DNA of 64,000 nt from Octopus vulgaris (Eukaryota). The notes under the pieces were generated by a model that did no database searches, was not told the DNA's origin, and saw nothing but the letters and a program-made list of their open reading frames with translations. The translations under genes were made by a program, and so were the position numbers. Of this stretch, positions 1-13,327 are shown piece after piece. Numbering within the stretch: the stretch's first letter is position 1; each line of letters starts with the position of its first letter. The DNA lies in NCBI GenBank assembly GCA_951406725.2, contig OX597822.1:50034001-50098000 (forward strand). Direction: 5' to 3'.

Positions 1-630
1 AAGTTTAGCAGAAAGACATACATCAGGTAACAGCAGTAGGCCAGTTTGTATTTCTTGTTGGGGTTGGAGGTTGCACGGATTCATTTCTGTGTCTGTTGAA
101 GCGTGCGATGATGTCTAAGCAGGAGTGTCTCACCTTGACGTTGTGTGGGTTATCTCACATTGATGTTGCAGTACATGTGGTCTCTGCGGAAATGATTCTT
201 TATCAACGAGAGGATGCTACTTCCTATGTTAATGTAAAATTTTAGGCTGAGCAGAGGGTTCAACCAGATTATTTCCTTCTTACTGATCCTGTTGGTGTGT
301 GGAGCGAGCTACTCAGTGAACCCACTTCTAGCCAAAGCATTATTGTAGTGAGGGCCGTCTCTACTAAAGATCTCCCTATCGACCGAGTACTTGGATATTC
401 TTCTATTAATGCTTGAAAACGGTTTCTAATTACAGCGGGGGTAGGGGGATGGTTCGAGCTGTTGTGGGCGTATACTGTTTGGTCATTGAGCATGATGTAG
501 GCGTAGTACATATCCGTTTTCAGGTCTAAGGTTACGTCCAAGAAATCGACCATGGTTATGTTGGTGGTAACCAATGTTGACAAACCGTATTACTTGAATA
601 TTTCTATTAAGTTCCGCCGGAACTTGTCCA
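1..630 (-). pseudogene. Degraded Penelope-like element RT C-terminal/thumb fragment (runs off window start)
   Basis: ORF 269..583 has VDFLDVTLDLKT..Y..Y....NDQTVYAHNSSNHPP, paralleling ANFLDVTLNL..YFPYHKP..YVSIFSNH of the PLE at 19471-20232. Another frame near 270-190 reads IIWLNPLLS..IYINIGSSILSLIKNHF (PLE IIWFNPP-type motif). Frameshifted. Confidence 0.75.
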
Positions 631-3600
631 TGGCGTGGCTGTTCATATTCTTTATGTATGTATATGCGTGTGTGTGTGTATGCCCGTGTATACATATGTA
701 CGTATTATATGTTTTCGTATCCTTGTGCTCCTCTCATTGACCTATCCAACTCACATATGTTTGTGTATATATATGTCCAACATCTGTGCTCATACATACC
801 TACCTATGTACCCGCAGATCTACCTCCCTACATATCACTACCTACCTACCTACCTACCTACCTACCTATCTCTCTTTGTATCTGCATGTGTATACGTAGA
901 TTTACCACTTATTTTACTACTGACGTAAATTACAAAACAAACTTTAGCAAAAAGAAATATTTCATATTTCCCAACAAATACTAGCAACCAACTGATTTTC
1001 ATAAGTTTACGAAAAATGGTCATCTCTGAAGTTATCCATCCTGTTTTTGTAGATGCTGCAAATTAATTTCTCATATAAAATAAAGTGCATATGAAGAAAG
1101 CGTAGCAAGTTGAACGGAGTATAAAGAAATGTGTTTAACATGTGTACAGAGTAGAAAGAAATGTGTTTCGCCAAAACCATGTTTGTGTATCAATATCCAG
1201 AATATCCAAAACAATTAAAATGAAATTTATCTACTTTCTACATACTATAACAAATAAAATATTCTGCAACAAGAATGCCCAAAATCTAGTTGTGTTAAAA
1301 ATAATACCATGTAAGTTAGAGGAATAATGTGTTTGTAAGTGCAAATATGATACAAAATAGAAATATAGAGAAAATACCAAAGTGAAAATTAAATAATTGG
1401 TATGCGAGAATTATGGAGGTCAATTGGTTGAATGGGTAGTACATTGCTGCAGCCCTGTCATCTTTTGTAAAGTGAGTTCAAAGACTGCCAAGGTAAATTT
1501 TACCTGTCATCATTTCAGTGTCGATAAATAAAATATATATTTCTCAATCATGAACTCGAGTCAATTCTTCTCTTTCTTCCAAACTTTGTGTCCTTCTGTT
1601 TCTTTTTCAGGAAAAAAAAATAATCTGTGACCAATCCTGGAGAAGCAAGGGTTCCGGCACGTCCATGGCTACTTTTGATGTATCGTATAAATAAAACATC
1701 CGTCCAAGAACTCTTTAAAGAAAATGAACATGCAAGGCATGTGACAAATGTACGAGTAGCACGCTAACCGATGGGGATTTACCTGGAAATAACAAATTTT
1801 TTCCCAAAATGAAAACACTACTCTAATTTAGTAAATGTCAGTTACGCTTCGGAGATCTCCTATATTCTACGAAAAATGATTATTTTAATCATGCGTCCTG
1901 CAAAATACCCGATTTGTGTACTTTTTCTCATTTTCTATATTATTGTCTGTATTTCAACATTTGTCGTTAAGGTTTCCTTCCGCAGGCTATCGTGTCGTTA
2001 GTGTGGTTGTATCACAGAGAAATGCAATCAATAACCAAAACAATTTTTTTTTAATCCTCATAAATAGTTGTGGGTTGAAATATACATCAGCTGACTATGT
2101 TACAAAACTCCGTGGTGCCTACTGGCATGTTGTAATAAACTTTACATGTTTTGTCCATCCGATTGACTTAAACAATACGTGTACGGTTATGAATACTTTT
2201 AATTAAATGGTTTGTTAATTTCAACAGAAAATATGCCAGCAAAGAGTTGATTTATTGCAAAGTTACCAAAGAATGGCTAAGGTAATTATTTTCTGTTTGG
2301 GAGGTATAGGCCAATTTTGGTACTATTGCTTTGTGGTTGAATCTTAGGCAGAAATGTGTGATTGATTAAGGGGTTGGAAAGTGTAGTGGTACTGCTATTG
2401 CTAAGTTTCAGTGAATTTATGTTGAATGCTTAGTAGCACATACGAGCATTTAAAATCATTCTGCTCAGTATATATGAAATATTCTGCTATGTTAGATACC
2501 ATAGCAAAGATAAGGTATAATGTTACGACGCTAAAGCGTTTTTACGGATGACTATATATAATTTCACGAGATAGGGTCAAATTTATCTTTTCTTTGTAAC
2601 CACTCATTCTAACATATTGCCCTCGTTAGTGTGAGGTGGAATTAAGGAAGTCTTTAGGAGATAGAATGCTAGATGTGCGGCGGTAAGTATTAATAACCAC
2701 ATTTTTGAAATCTGGTTAATAAATAACCATTAAAAATGTAAATTATTATAAGCTCTGTACATGTGTTTACGTCTGATAAACGAATTAAGGACGCTAACGT
2801 TTGTAGTAATTATCATTCTTCAAAGAAATTAATAACAACTTTCCTAAAACTATCAATCTGATTCTAAATGATAGCTAATCCTCTATAATTGACAATATCT
2901 ATGTAATGCAGCTTCATTGGTAGCGATCCTAAATTATATAACTATTACCCAAAAGCCTCGGTTCCATATTACAAGCTGATAAATCAATAAAGTAACATTT
3001 TTATTACTATGTTAGACTAAAGGCGGTTTTAGAAAATAGCAAAAACATTTGAATGGCAAATCACATAATATTCGCAGCGTTACGGCAAATTTCAAACGTT
3101 AATATAGCAAAGTAATGAAACTAACATCTCACTCTTCCAAAATGGAAATTTTAAAAAATTATTTTTCATTGAATACGCAAGCACGCGCGCGCACCCAACA
3201 CACACTCATACACATACATACGCACACATATATGCATATGTGTGTGTGTGTGTGTACGAGCGTGCCTGCGCTTGTGTGTCTGTGTGTATGCCTGTGTGTG
3301 TGCTCACTGAAAAAATTAACGATCATGCAAATGACGGGCTTCTGCATTTCTCTTAATCTATCAAATTCCTCTAATTTGGTATTTTTCTCTCCCAGACTCT
3401 GTGTTTTCAAATTTACTTTTTAAAGATACACAGCCATAATAGGCGCCCATTAAAAAAGTACAGACCCATGCAAGCGCACATTCTTTATCGCATAAGCATA
3501 TCTGCACATATTTAGTGCCTGGTTCTTATATCGATCTTGAAAATTTTAAAGTTAAGTTGATATCTGCAGTATTCGAATATCAACAAATTGAGTCCAATGT

Positions 3601-3728
3601 ACTAACTTCTGTCACCGAGGCTTTAACCCGCTGCAATACTATGATAATTATTGAAGAGAATACACAATGCCATTGTAACAAGGGATGTAGCCGGATTGCT
3701 CAATGTTAAATGTATAAACTATATATTA

Positions 3729-3940
3729 GTTTCAAATTTTGGAACAAGGCCAGCAGAATCCGAGGAGGGGCTAAGTCGATTAAATCAACCCTAGTGTTAA
3801 ACTGGCACTTACCTTATCAACCCCCAAAAGATGAAAAGCAAAGTCGACCTCGGAGGAATTTGTACTTAGGACGTGAAGACAGACGAAATGCCGCTAAATG
3901 TTTCGCCCGGTATGCTAATGATTCTGTCATCTCGCCGCCT
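3729..3940 (-). mobile_element. tRNA-derived SINE, family A
   Basis: Reverse complement starts GGCGGCGAGATGACAGAATCATTAGC (A-box-like), then AGTACAAATTCC (B-box-like) and GGTCGACTTTGCTTTTCATC; aligns by eye with copies at 5743, 26466, 52549, 53530 and 61227. Confidence 0.8.
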
Positions 3941-5742
3941 ATAGACTATCCAGTAAATGTATAATCTATAACATTTCATTAACTTTTAGAGCATGGAAAA
4001 TGAAAAAGAAAAATACTCGTTGCGATTTGAAATCAGAACTGAAAGAGATTTAATGAATTATCTCATAGTATTTCGTTCGGCATTCTACAGATTTTGTCAC
4101 CCGCCGCTTTTAGTAATTATTCTGCATTGTCGGCTGATTCGGAGAAAACGGAATATCATAATGCGAACTACCGGTTAGTTGTGTAAAGGATGGCTGTTGG
4201 TACGCTTCCGACGTTACAACGATGCATATCCGGTGTCTTCATATTTGATATTAGTTGGGAAAATCTTATTCTCCTGGCGGCAATTTCTAATTATATCAAA
4301 ATTATTTATTGATTAACTGAAATGGTGTTGGATTAGTGTAATATCTGAGGTATCAATTTTCTTTGTCGTACATTGTGAGTCCAATACAAACTAATATCGA
4401 TATTGCTGTGCACTCTTTTTGTAGTTCACAACTTGAAAAAACATATAAAATTTTCGGCTATTTGCATGTCCTTGACCAGCTCCACATCAAATATGTGGAC
4501 CCATAGCAATTCATAAGTATTTCAATTTTGAAAGGCATAACACGAAAAGTCGATGAAATTTTCGTGGAATTAAAAATACGTTTCTAAATATGTTACGAAA
4601 TATCAGAAGCAGTTTTATTAGATACTACACCGATTTTCTCAATAATCACGTTCAATAGTGTAGAATATTGATCTTAAACATAAGTTCCAAAGAATATACG
4701 AAGACGTCTTAGTTGATGTCATTAATATCCAGCATTTGGCTATTATTTAATTTATTATTACTCAAGGCTTGTAAAAATACCCATCGTTAAACGGTTTGAT
4801 TTTTTTAGCCATCGAAAAAAAGAAAGAAAAGCAAAATGAAAAGAAATACCTGAAATAGAAACTCTTTGTTTCAGGAATTTAATATGTCTGACATCCATTC
4901 AATTCATTATAATAGAGCTTGTATAACTCTTGTTTTATAAATAAAAACAGTGTACCAAGTAGAATAGTACGTGTATGGCTATTCATAGCCATGCTAAAAT
5001 TCATGGCTATGCAAAAAATACTAAATATAAAAGTGGAATCATTATGTCTACATTTCTAATATCTTAAGTATTCCCGAAAACGAAGAAACAGAGGAACGTC
5101 AATGGTATTCTATTAATTTACGAGTTACAATAACTGAATTATAACACTGATAACTATAGAGCATCCTAATCTTCAGAAAAAATAATGTCTTCCACTGGAG
5201 ATTGCATTATGAGAATAGCTATATCCATATGACGTAAATTCATTGACAATACAACAGCCGAATAAATAAATAATCAAGTAACTATAATTGACTAATCACT
5301 GTATATCTTCCAAACATTTAGTAATCCTAGTACAAACACACCCACGAATTAAAATTTTACTCCCGTTCAAGAAACCTGTCAATTATATTTCTTCATTCTA
5401 CACTCCTTTGCAAACAAATCTGTAAAAATGAGACGAAGAGCATTTCGTTTGTTAATTATTTTGTTTTTGTCTATTAATTCGCCAGCTTTCGCACAATGAG
5501 TAAAAATATTTTCAAACAACCACAATCACTAGTAGCGTCAAAAAGATTTCTATTACGATCAGCACCTGCAGCAGAAACAAAATAACTACCAAAACGGTTG
5601 CAAGAAATACTAGAATGTGTAGCCAATCCACTCGCATATTACATGCTTTCATATTAAAAAAGGAAAGGGCGAATCAGAAATAGTAGTTACAAAGATATTG
5701 TGCAAGGAAATAACGAAATGAAATAATGCACAATTAATATTG

Positions 5743-6103
5743 GTTTCAGATTTTGGCACAAGACCAGAAATATCAGGAGAGGCGCTAAGTCGAATACATC
5801 GACGCCAGTGCTCAATGAGTACTTTAGCTGGTACTCTTGAAAGACGAAAGGTAAGTTCGACCCCGGTGCAATATAATCTTGGATAGGTAAAGACAGACGA
5901 AATATCTATTTCTTTACTACCCACAAGGGGCTAAACACAGAGAGGATAGACAAAGACAGGCAAACTGTAACTGGTACTTATTTAATCGACCTCGAAAGGA
6001 TGAAAGTCAACTTTTGCGGAATTTGAACTCAGAACGTAAAGACAGACGAGATACCGCTAAGCATTTTGCCAAGCGTGATAACGATTCAGCCATCTCGGCG
6101 CCT
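5743..6103 (-). mobile_element. tRNA-derived SINE, family A, with internal insertion/partial duplication
   Basis: Same head (GAGATGGCTGAATCGTTA; GAGTTCAAATTCCGC) and tail (GTGCCAAAATCTGAAAC) as 3729-3940; the GTAAAGACAGACGA segment occurs twice. Confidence 0.75.
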
Positions 6104-6473
6104 TACAAAGCAGAACTAAAATTTTCCACACTTTGATTAAAATAGTAAGACAAGAGTTAAGTAGATAAATTAATGCTACATTCAAAAGTTCCCCCTTTTA
6201 TCCAAGATTTTAAATTGTAGTTTGAAGGGTATTTAACTGCTATGTCATAGGAGCGGAACAGTGACCATAGGTACTGTAAGTAGAGGATTTCTCAACACAC
6301 CAGAACATACAGAGCCAAGTTCCAATTAACGGTTCATAATCAGAGCTAGGTTAGCAAAAAACTTCAGAATTAACGTCCCACCAGACAAAGATTTAGCAGA
6401 GAAACAATACTGATAAATATCCGATTTACTACATGCGCCATGGTATATGCGATCATCTGTCTGTATGTCTCTC

Positions 6474-6558
<85 letters not shown>

Positions 6559-6884
6559 TATATGTAAATATATATATATAATCAATACATACATACATAC
6601 ACATATGGAAGCAGCTATATAATATATACGTAATCTCATCAATAAGTATCAGGACTGTTGCCTTAGTAACGAAGTTAAAGCACGCAGAATGAAAGGGCGT
6701 GGTACAGATTGATCTAAAACATTGTTGTGCATGCGCACTAAGGTTTAAGGTTCTAGTTCACTTATACTGTTTACATCAGTGCTTGGGAGGAAGGTAATAG
6801 GTACATGACACGTAAATACACATGCAAATCTATGTATGTATGTATGTATGTATCTATCTATCTATCTGTCTATCTCTTTCTCTC

Positions 6885-6931
<47 letters not shown>

Positions 6932-6937
<6 letters not shown>

Positions 6938-7611
6938 TTATAATCATATACATTATTATAACAAGCGATCGGCTTTATGCCTCACAACGCACCGTAAGAA
7001 ATAGCCGCTAAAGTCTCCAAGAATAACACACTTTATTGTAGGCAAGCACAAGAAATTTATAAAATATTTTGTAAAATTTACCTATAAGGTTTTTTTTTTA
7101 TTTCCGCACTGGTTACCTGGTAAAATTATTATTGATTTTATCCTTTATTATTTAAGCAATATTTGAATAAATTCGCTCCGTGATCGAAACTGCATGTACT
7201 GCGGTCTAGATCTTAATACACACATGGGTATAAAAGAAAGATATGAATTATGGTCGGCAGTATATTTTTAAGAGTGTGGATCGATATCGGACATACGATG
7301 ACGCTGATCGCGTGCATATATTCAAATATTCTTGAAGTTATATAAAGTACTATGCTGAAGAGTAACAGTAAGTAAAAGTACATTTTTCTTTTCCTTACCT
7401 ATCATACAGTGTGTTATTCCTGGACATTTTAATGTAGTAACGTCTATTTCTTACGGTGCGTGGTGAGACAAAAAGCCGTCCCCTTATTATAATTATGTGT
7501 ATAATTATAAAATACTTTGTAAAATTTACCTCTATGGTTTTAATTCTCGCACTGGCTACCTGGTAAAATTATTAATAATTTTACCTTTTATTATTAAATA
7601 ATATTTGAATA
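6932..7611 (+). mobile_element. Non-coding element with PLE-like layout: inverted piece + partial tandem of a ~448-bp unit
   Basis: 7057-7169 is a direct repeat of 7505-7611; 6932-7046 is an inverted copy of 7394-7516. Bordered by (TA)n and (CA)n/(TA)n. Confidence 0.6.
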
Positions 7612-7669
7612 CACAGACACACACAGATACACACACACATTTATATATATATATATATATATACAATGG

Positions 7670-8800
7670 ATTGAGTAACTGCTCAACACTTTCTTTCAGA
7701 GTGTCTTCACTGTAGAGAAAGAAGACGATCTACCAGACATGCTACCGTACACGTATGACACAGATCTAACCAACTTAAACATTTCTGTGCAACAAAATCA
7801 CTAGCAGCCGACAAACTTGAAGATTGCTAATGCGCCATGACCGGATTGACTCAGCCTACGCATACTTTCCGAGGTATCGGATCTACTCACTCTGCCAATC
7901 ACAATTGTCTACAGAAAATTAATGGAGACAAGCAAAATCCCAGACGAGTGGAGAACTGCTAACGTCACTCCCATATTCAAGAAATGGAACCGTCTTGCGG
8001 TCAACAAGTACAGGCCAGTAAGCTTGACCTGCGTACTGTGCAAGCTGATGGAGGTGCATTGAGTACCTGTGGCGAAATGACCTATTTCAACCAAGAACAG
8101 CATGGGTTCACAAAGGGGAGATCATGTGTGACTCAGCTGCTTGATGTTATTGACATCTCGTCGGAAGCTTTGGATGCAGAGGGAGAAGTCGATGCGACCT
8201 TCATGTATTACTTAAAAGCGTTCGACAGCGTCCCACATCGTAGGCTTGTTGCCAAAGTAGAAGCTCACGGTATCAAGGGAAATGTCCTTCAGTGGATCCA
8301 GTACTTCTTGAGCCACCGGTCACAACGAGTCTGTGTCAACGCTGTGAAATCAGAGAGGGAAGAGGTGAAAGGTGGCATCCCACAAGGCAGTGTCATTGGT
8401 CCAATACTGTTTCTCATGTATAGAAACGATCTGCCTCGGCATGTCCAGAGCCACGTCACAAAGACGACACAAAGATCTTCTCAAAGAATGACGTTGATGT
8501 GACCATGGCAACGCTGCAAGACGACCTGGATCGCCTTCACAAGTGGTCGACGAACTGGCAAATGCGGTTCCATCCTGAGAAATGTTCCGTCTTGAGGTTG
8601 GGGAACACGAAGATGGACAGGAAATACTACATGAGAGGCCAAGATGCACAGAGCAAACTGACTGTGGTGGAGCTAGCAGAATGTGAGGTGGAGGGGGATT
8701 TTGGCGTCTTGATCGACAAAGGGCTGACCTTCAGGAACCACAAAAAGCAAATCGAATCCTTGGAGTCATCTGACGATCTCACCCCTGTTGTACAAGTTTT
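7670..8800 (+). pseudogene. CR1-like non-LTR retrotransposon reverse transcriptase fragment
   Basis: W.TANVTPIFK, YRPVSLT, QHGFTKGRSCVTQLL, KAFDSVPHRRL, GIPQGSVIGPILFL, LQDDLDRLHKWS..WQMRFHPEKC. Multiple frameshifts; the catalytic (Y/F)ADD region is deleted. Confidence 0.9.
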
Positions 8801-8823
8801 GAATTTAGCGGTCAATCATGGCG

Positions 8824-8947
<124 letters not shown>

Positions 8948-9119
8948 CACCCTACGTCATTAACTGGTTCCAGGAAACACGAGTTAAGTCGAATTTATTT
9001 ATCTCCAGGCTCAACCGATAGTAACCATACCGAATGCTGTACTTTATTTGGGAATGCATTGTCAATAATACGTGGTTAATACAAACCTACTTTAAGCTTA
9101 GAAACAGATAATGTTTTAA

Positions 9120-9620
9120 TACAGTACTTAAAAAAGAAACTGAATGCATGAATATAATTTTACAGTGTTTTCCGCACAACAACGACGCTTTATTTATGAA
9201 TGCAGTAGAATAATAACCTTTGCCATGGTGTTTTATTATAGCAAGTTTGTCTTCCAGCGTAATAGCATGATACTTAGCACTTTCACTATGAATTTTCTTT
9301 GGAGCCACGGGGGCAAAATATAAAGTCACAAATGAATGATAATGAGAAAGTAGCAAATCTGAGTTCAAGGCAATTGCGGGAATCACGAGTGACAATGACG
9401 CCTAACGGTAGATATTGGAACCAGAGTGCAATATGAGCTCAAAAAGACCGATAAATAAGACAACACAACTGATTTCATGATTTCGTTTACTAAGCAAAAC
9501 TACTTTACGGTGTTTTCTTAACATTTACTGTACGCATTTTAATATGATTTTATAAGCTTTAATGCTTATTCATGTTACAGGAACACAATCTTACGTACTT
9601 TTAATGGTTTTTAAGGATCT
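9120..9620 (-). mobile_element. Possible pogo/Tigger-like DNA transposon relic
   Basis: VAPKK....AKYHAITLEDKLAIIKHHGKG resembles the N-terminal psq-type HTH of pogo/CENP-B-family transposases; no further domain seen. Confidence 0.4.
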
Positions 9621-9759
9621 ACGTTTAGAAAAATACACTTCTTGCCCATTCATTGAACACCAGCTCAAAGAAACGAGAAATCTGAAAGGGAAAGAGCAGT
9701 TTCTTCTAAGAAAAATTATACAGGAATGGTAGAATGACAGAGCATTTTAGTATTTTATT

Positions 9760-9984
9760 ATTTTACTTGTTTCAGCCATTTCACTCCTGGGGCACCGCCT
9801 TTAGTCGAACATATCGACCCCAGGACATATTCTTTGTACTTTATCTTTTGCAGAACCGCTAAGTCACGGGGAAGTAAACACTCCAACATCGACAAACAGA
9901 GATACACAAATACATACATATGCACACACATATACATACATGCATACACACACACACACGCAGGCACACGCACATATAAATATA

Positions 9985-10042
<58 letters not shown>

Positions 10043-10104
10043 ACAGGCTCCTTTCAATAACCGTCTATCAAATCAACCCGGAATGCTTTGGTCGGCCTTC
10101 TGGG
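9760..10104 (-). mobile_element. SINE family B, 5'-truncated, with internal microsatellite
   Basis: Reverse complement of the 3' part (CGACTAAAGGCGGTG; CCCGTGACTTAGCGGTTC) and middle of 12300-12740. Confidence 0.75.
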
Positions 10105-11060
10105 ATAAAAAGAGAAACAAAAGGCAATAAGACATTTCAACCGAATGTTTACTGCATCTATGGTGAAAGGATCTCTATTTATCAATGTAAAATTAATTCT
10201 AGTTCTGACGTCTTTTTTATATAGGTACTTCTTCATCTCAGTCTTCCAAACTAAAATCTAATCATTACTCTACATTTAGATATATCAATAAACTTAACAA
10301 TACTGGGCTTATGGGCTTAGTGAATTAATTTGGTCTCTAAAGGAACATAATAAACAATTTGATTTGGAATGGAATATTCTATCTAAATCATTGCTGTATG
10401 ATAATGATAAATCTGTATGATAACTGTAAATCTTTTTTCTCCCTCTATAACAGTGAGAAGTATTTCATCCTGTTCTCTTGTAAACACGTTTAAAGAACAA
10501 ATTTCTCTTTGCAAACGTTGGCAAAACATACCTTTAGTTCCGATAAGTGATTTCTAACAGTCTAAAAAATTCGACCTTTAACTGTCTTCTTACATTTCAC
10601 TTCCAGTAAATATATATATGTTCTTGCCTGCAACCTTTTTTCCTGTTCACCTATTGCACAATATGTTTCTCCACTTTTAATTTTCTGCTAATTTCTTTAT
10701 TCCCCCCTCCACTCTTTCTATAAATTGCCTTTGACGTTATATATATTATGTTTTTTTTTTTTATAATAACGTACAAGATTTCCATTCATCATATATGCAG
10801 CAATCACATTCGCTTAAAATGTCTTATTGATGCGCCTTTTTTCTCTTATTTTTCCCTGATAAAAAGATTGCATTGTTTTACATCATGTTATTCGTTCTGG
10901 AATAATGGCAATTTTCTTTCGATGCATATGCCGTAAGTATAAATATTTGAATAACACCTGCGTTTAACTCCATTTATTTGTTTATCTATATCATACAAAA
11001 ACATTTCACCAAAACCTGGTATTTCTACTTTTATAAGTAGGCTGTTACATCCTTGGTACT
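10105..11060 (+). mobile_element. 5'-truncated, degraded Penelope-like element (GIY-YIG + 3' pLTR) with short inverted pLTR piece at 5' end
   Basis: 10171-10540 reads, across frameshifts, SIYQCKINSSSDVF.YIGTSS..SNHYSTF..GLSELIWSLKEHNKQFDLEWNILSKS, collinear with ORF 20646-21134. 10105-10171 is an inverted copy of ~10781-10850. A decayed HHR (CTGATAA...GATGCATATGCC) lies at ~10850-10935. Confidence 0.8.
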
Positions 11061-11076
11061 TGTGTGAATTTTTGCT

Positions 11077-11170
<94 letters not shown>

Positions 11171-11399
11171 AAAATTATAATTTAGGGTATGTAAATAGCA
11201 GTCAAAACTAGACTCTAAAACCACATTAAATGTGGTTTTCGTGTGAAGATTTGACTGCTATTCCCAGCGTGGTGGTATCTCTTAGATACTCTAAATTATA
11301 AGAAATGATCATTAGCTTTGAAGGTTTTTATTTCCATGCTGGCCAGCTGAAAAGATCGGTATTCAAATATCGATATTATCCATATATATATACATATAT

Positions 11400-11447
11400 A
11401 TATAGAGAGAGAGAGAGATAGATAGATAGATAAATAGATAGATAGAC

Positions 11448-11485
<38 letters not shown>

Positions 11486-11488
11486 TTT

Positions 11489-11554
<66 letters not shown>

Positions 11555-11600
11555 CAGATAGATAGATAGATAGATACATACATAGATAGACAGATATGTA
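11400..11600. repeat. (GA)n/(GATA)n microsatellite
   Basis: Directly visible. Confidence 0.95.
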
Positions 11601-11969
11601 CATATATACATATATCCATCTATATATATGAATATGTATCTATCTATCCATTTACATTTATTCTCTTATTTTCCTCGTGACCAATTATCCATCCCTGTTA
11701 CAAATGGATGTGAACTGCTAGAATATCTCACCGCCATATAGCTTTTGGCGAATTTGAAACGTAAATCTGTGAATTCATGAAGCATTTTATGTCACCTGAG
11801 GAGGCTCTTTCGCACTGTTCGTTGCATCTGTTATTACACCGTTGCATACCCACTTGGAAGCAGTGTAGTATGAAGCCGAAAGGATTGTTGCGCTAATAAA
11901 TGCTTCTAGTCACACTGTCTATCAGTAATAATCTTTTAAAATATATGTATACACACACACACACGTATA

Positions 11970-12165
11970 TTCTTTTACTTGTTTCAGTCATTTGGATGCG
12001 GCCATGTTGTTGCACCACCTTGAACTGTTTTAGTCGAACAAATCGATCCCAGGATTTATTTCTTATTACGTACTCTATCGGTCTCTTTTGCTGAACCACT
12101 ACATTACGGGTACGTAAAGAAAGAAAGATCGGTTGTCAAGCAGGAATGGGGATCAAACACAGACG
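11970..12165 (-). mobile_element. SINE family B, 3' portion
   Basis: Reverse complement of ~12540-12735. Confidence 0.7.
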
Positions 12166-12299
12166 CAACGTAATTTACACAGATATCTACTTGTGTTTTA
12201 GAAAACAGTTTTTGTATTCTTCGCAAGCGTTTGCATTAAGCTTTTCAAACATGTACAATGCAGTAATCCGGAAGTTGTTTTAATAAAGATGCAGAATAT

Positions 12300-12472
12300 A
12301 GGTGCAGGAGTGGCTGTGTGGTAAATAGCTTGCTTACCAACCACATGGTTCCAGGTTCAGTCTCACTGCGTGGCACCTAGAGCAAGTGCTTTCTAATACA
12401 GCCTCGGGCAGACCAAAGCCTTGTCAGTGGATTTGTTAGACGGAAACTGAAAGAAGCCCGTCGTATATATGC

Positions 12473-12545
<73 letters not shown>

Positions 12546-12740
12546 TGTGTTTGTTCCACCGCATCGCTTGACAACAGATGCTGGTGTGTTTACGTCCACG
12601 TAACTTAGCGGTTCGACAAAAGAGACCGGTAGGATAAGTACCAGGCTTACAAAGAATAAGTCCTGGGGTCCATTTGCTCGACTAAAGGCGGTGCTCCAGC
12701 ATGGCGCAGTCAAATGACTAAAACAACAAAAGAGAGTATA
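12300..12740 (+). mobile_element. tRNA-derived SINE family B, full length, with internal (TA)n(TG)n tract
   Basis: A-box TGGCTGTGTGG (12311), B-box-like GGTTCAGTCTC (12355); homologous to 47820-48437 (-), 9760, 11970, 38084 and 42257. Confidence 0.85.
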
Positions 12741-13145
12741 AGAGTAAATATTTTTTATTTAGTTTCGGATTCAGAATTCTTGTCGAGTTTATACCTTTTC
12801 ACATTTGTAGTCGTTTATTTTCTTCCTTTATTTCGAATTTTACTTTCGCAACAACAGTTACAGTTTCACTACATGTGGCATATCCAAGAGATGGATTTTT
12901 CATTTTTTTGTCTATGTTATCTAAAATCATGTATTTAATTTTACTTTGTCCCACCGATACAATACTCATTACGTTGTTGGTTTGTGGGGAAGTAAATTAA
13001 ATGTTGTTTTGCCATTCATGTTTTCGATAACCTTTAATTTCTCCCAATTCATTTATCTTCTGATAGTTCTCGTCCTACTAGGGGGGTTCCCGCAAGATTT
13101 TTTGTATTTTTGCATACATACATACACATTCGATTTACATTCACA

Positions 13146-13220
<75 letters not shown>

Positions 13221-13327
13221 ACATAGATAGAGAATGAGAGGGGACGAGAGAAGGAGAAAGAGCCATTAATACAAAGTCCGATACTCATTATACCTATTCT
13301 TTAATTAGGAATATAGCACACTAAGGT

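Noticed and set aside
3515-3720. QCHCNKGC Cys motif ORF
   Set aside because: Too short and isolated; might be a transposase tail but cannot be assigned.
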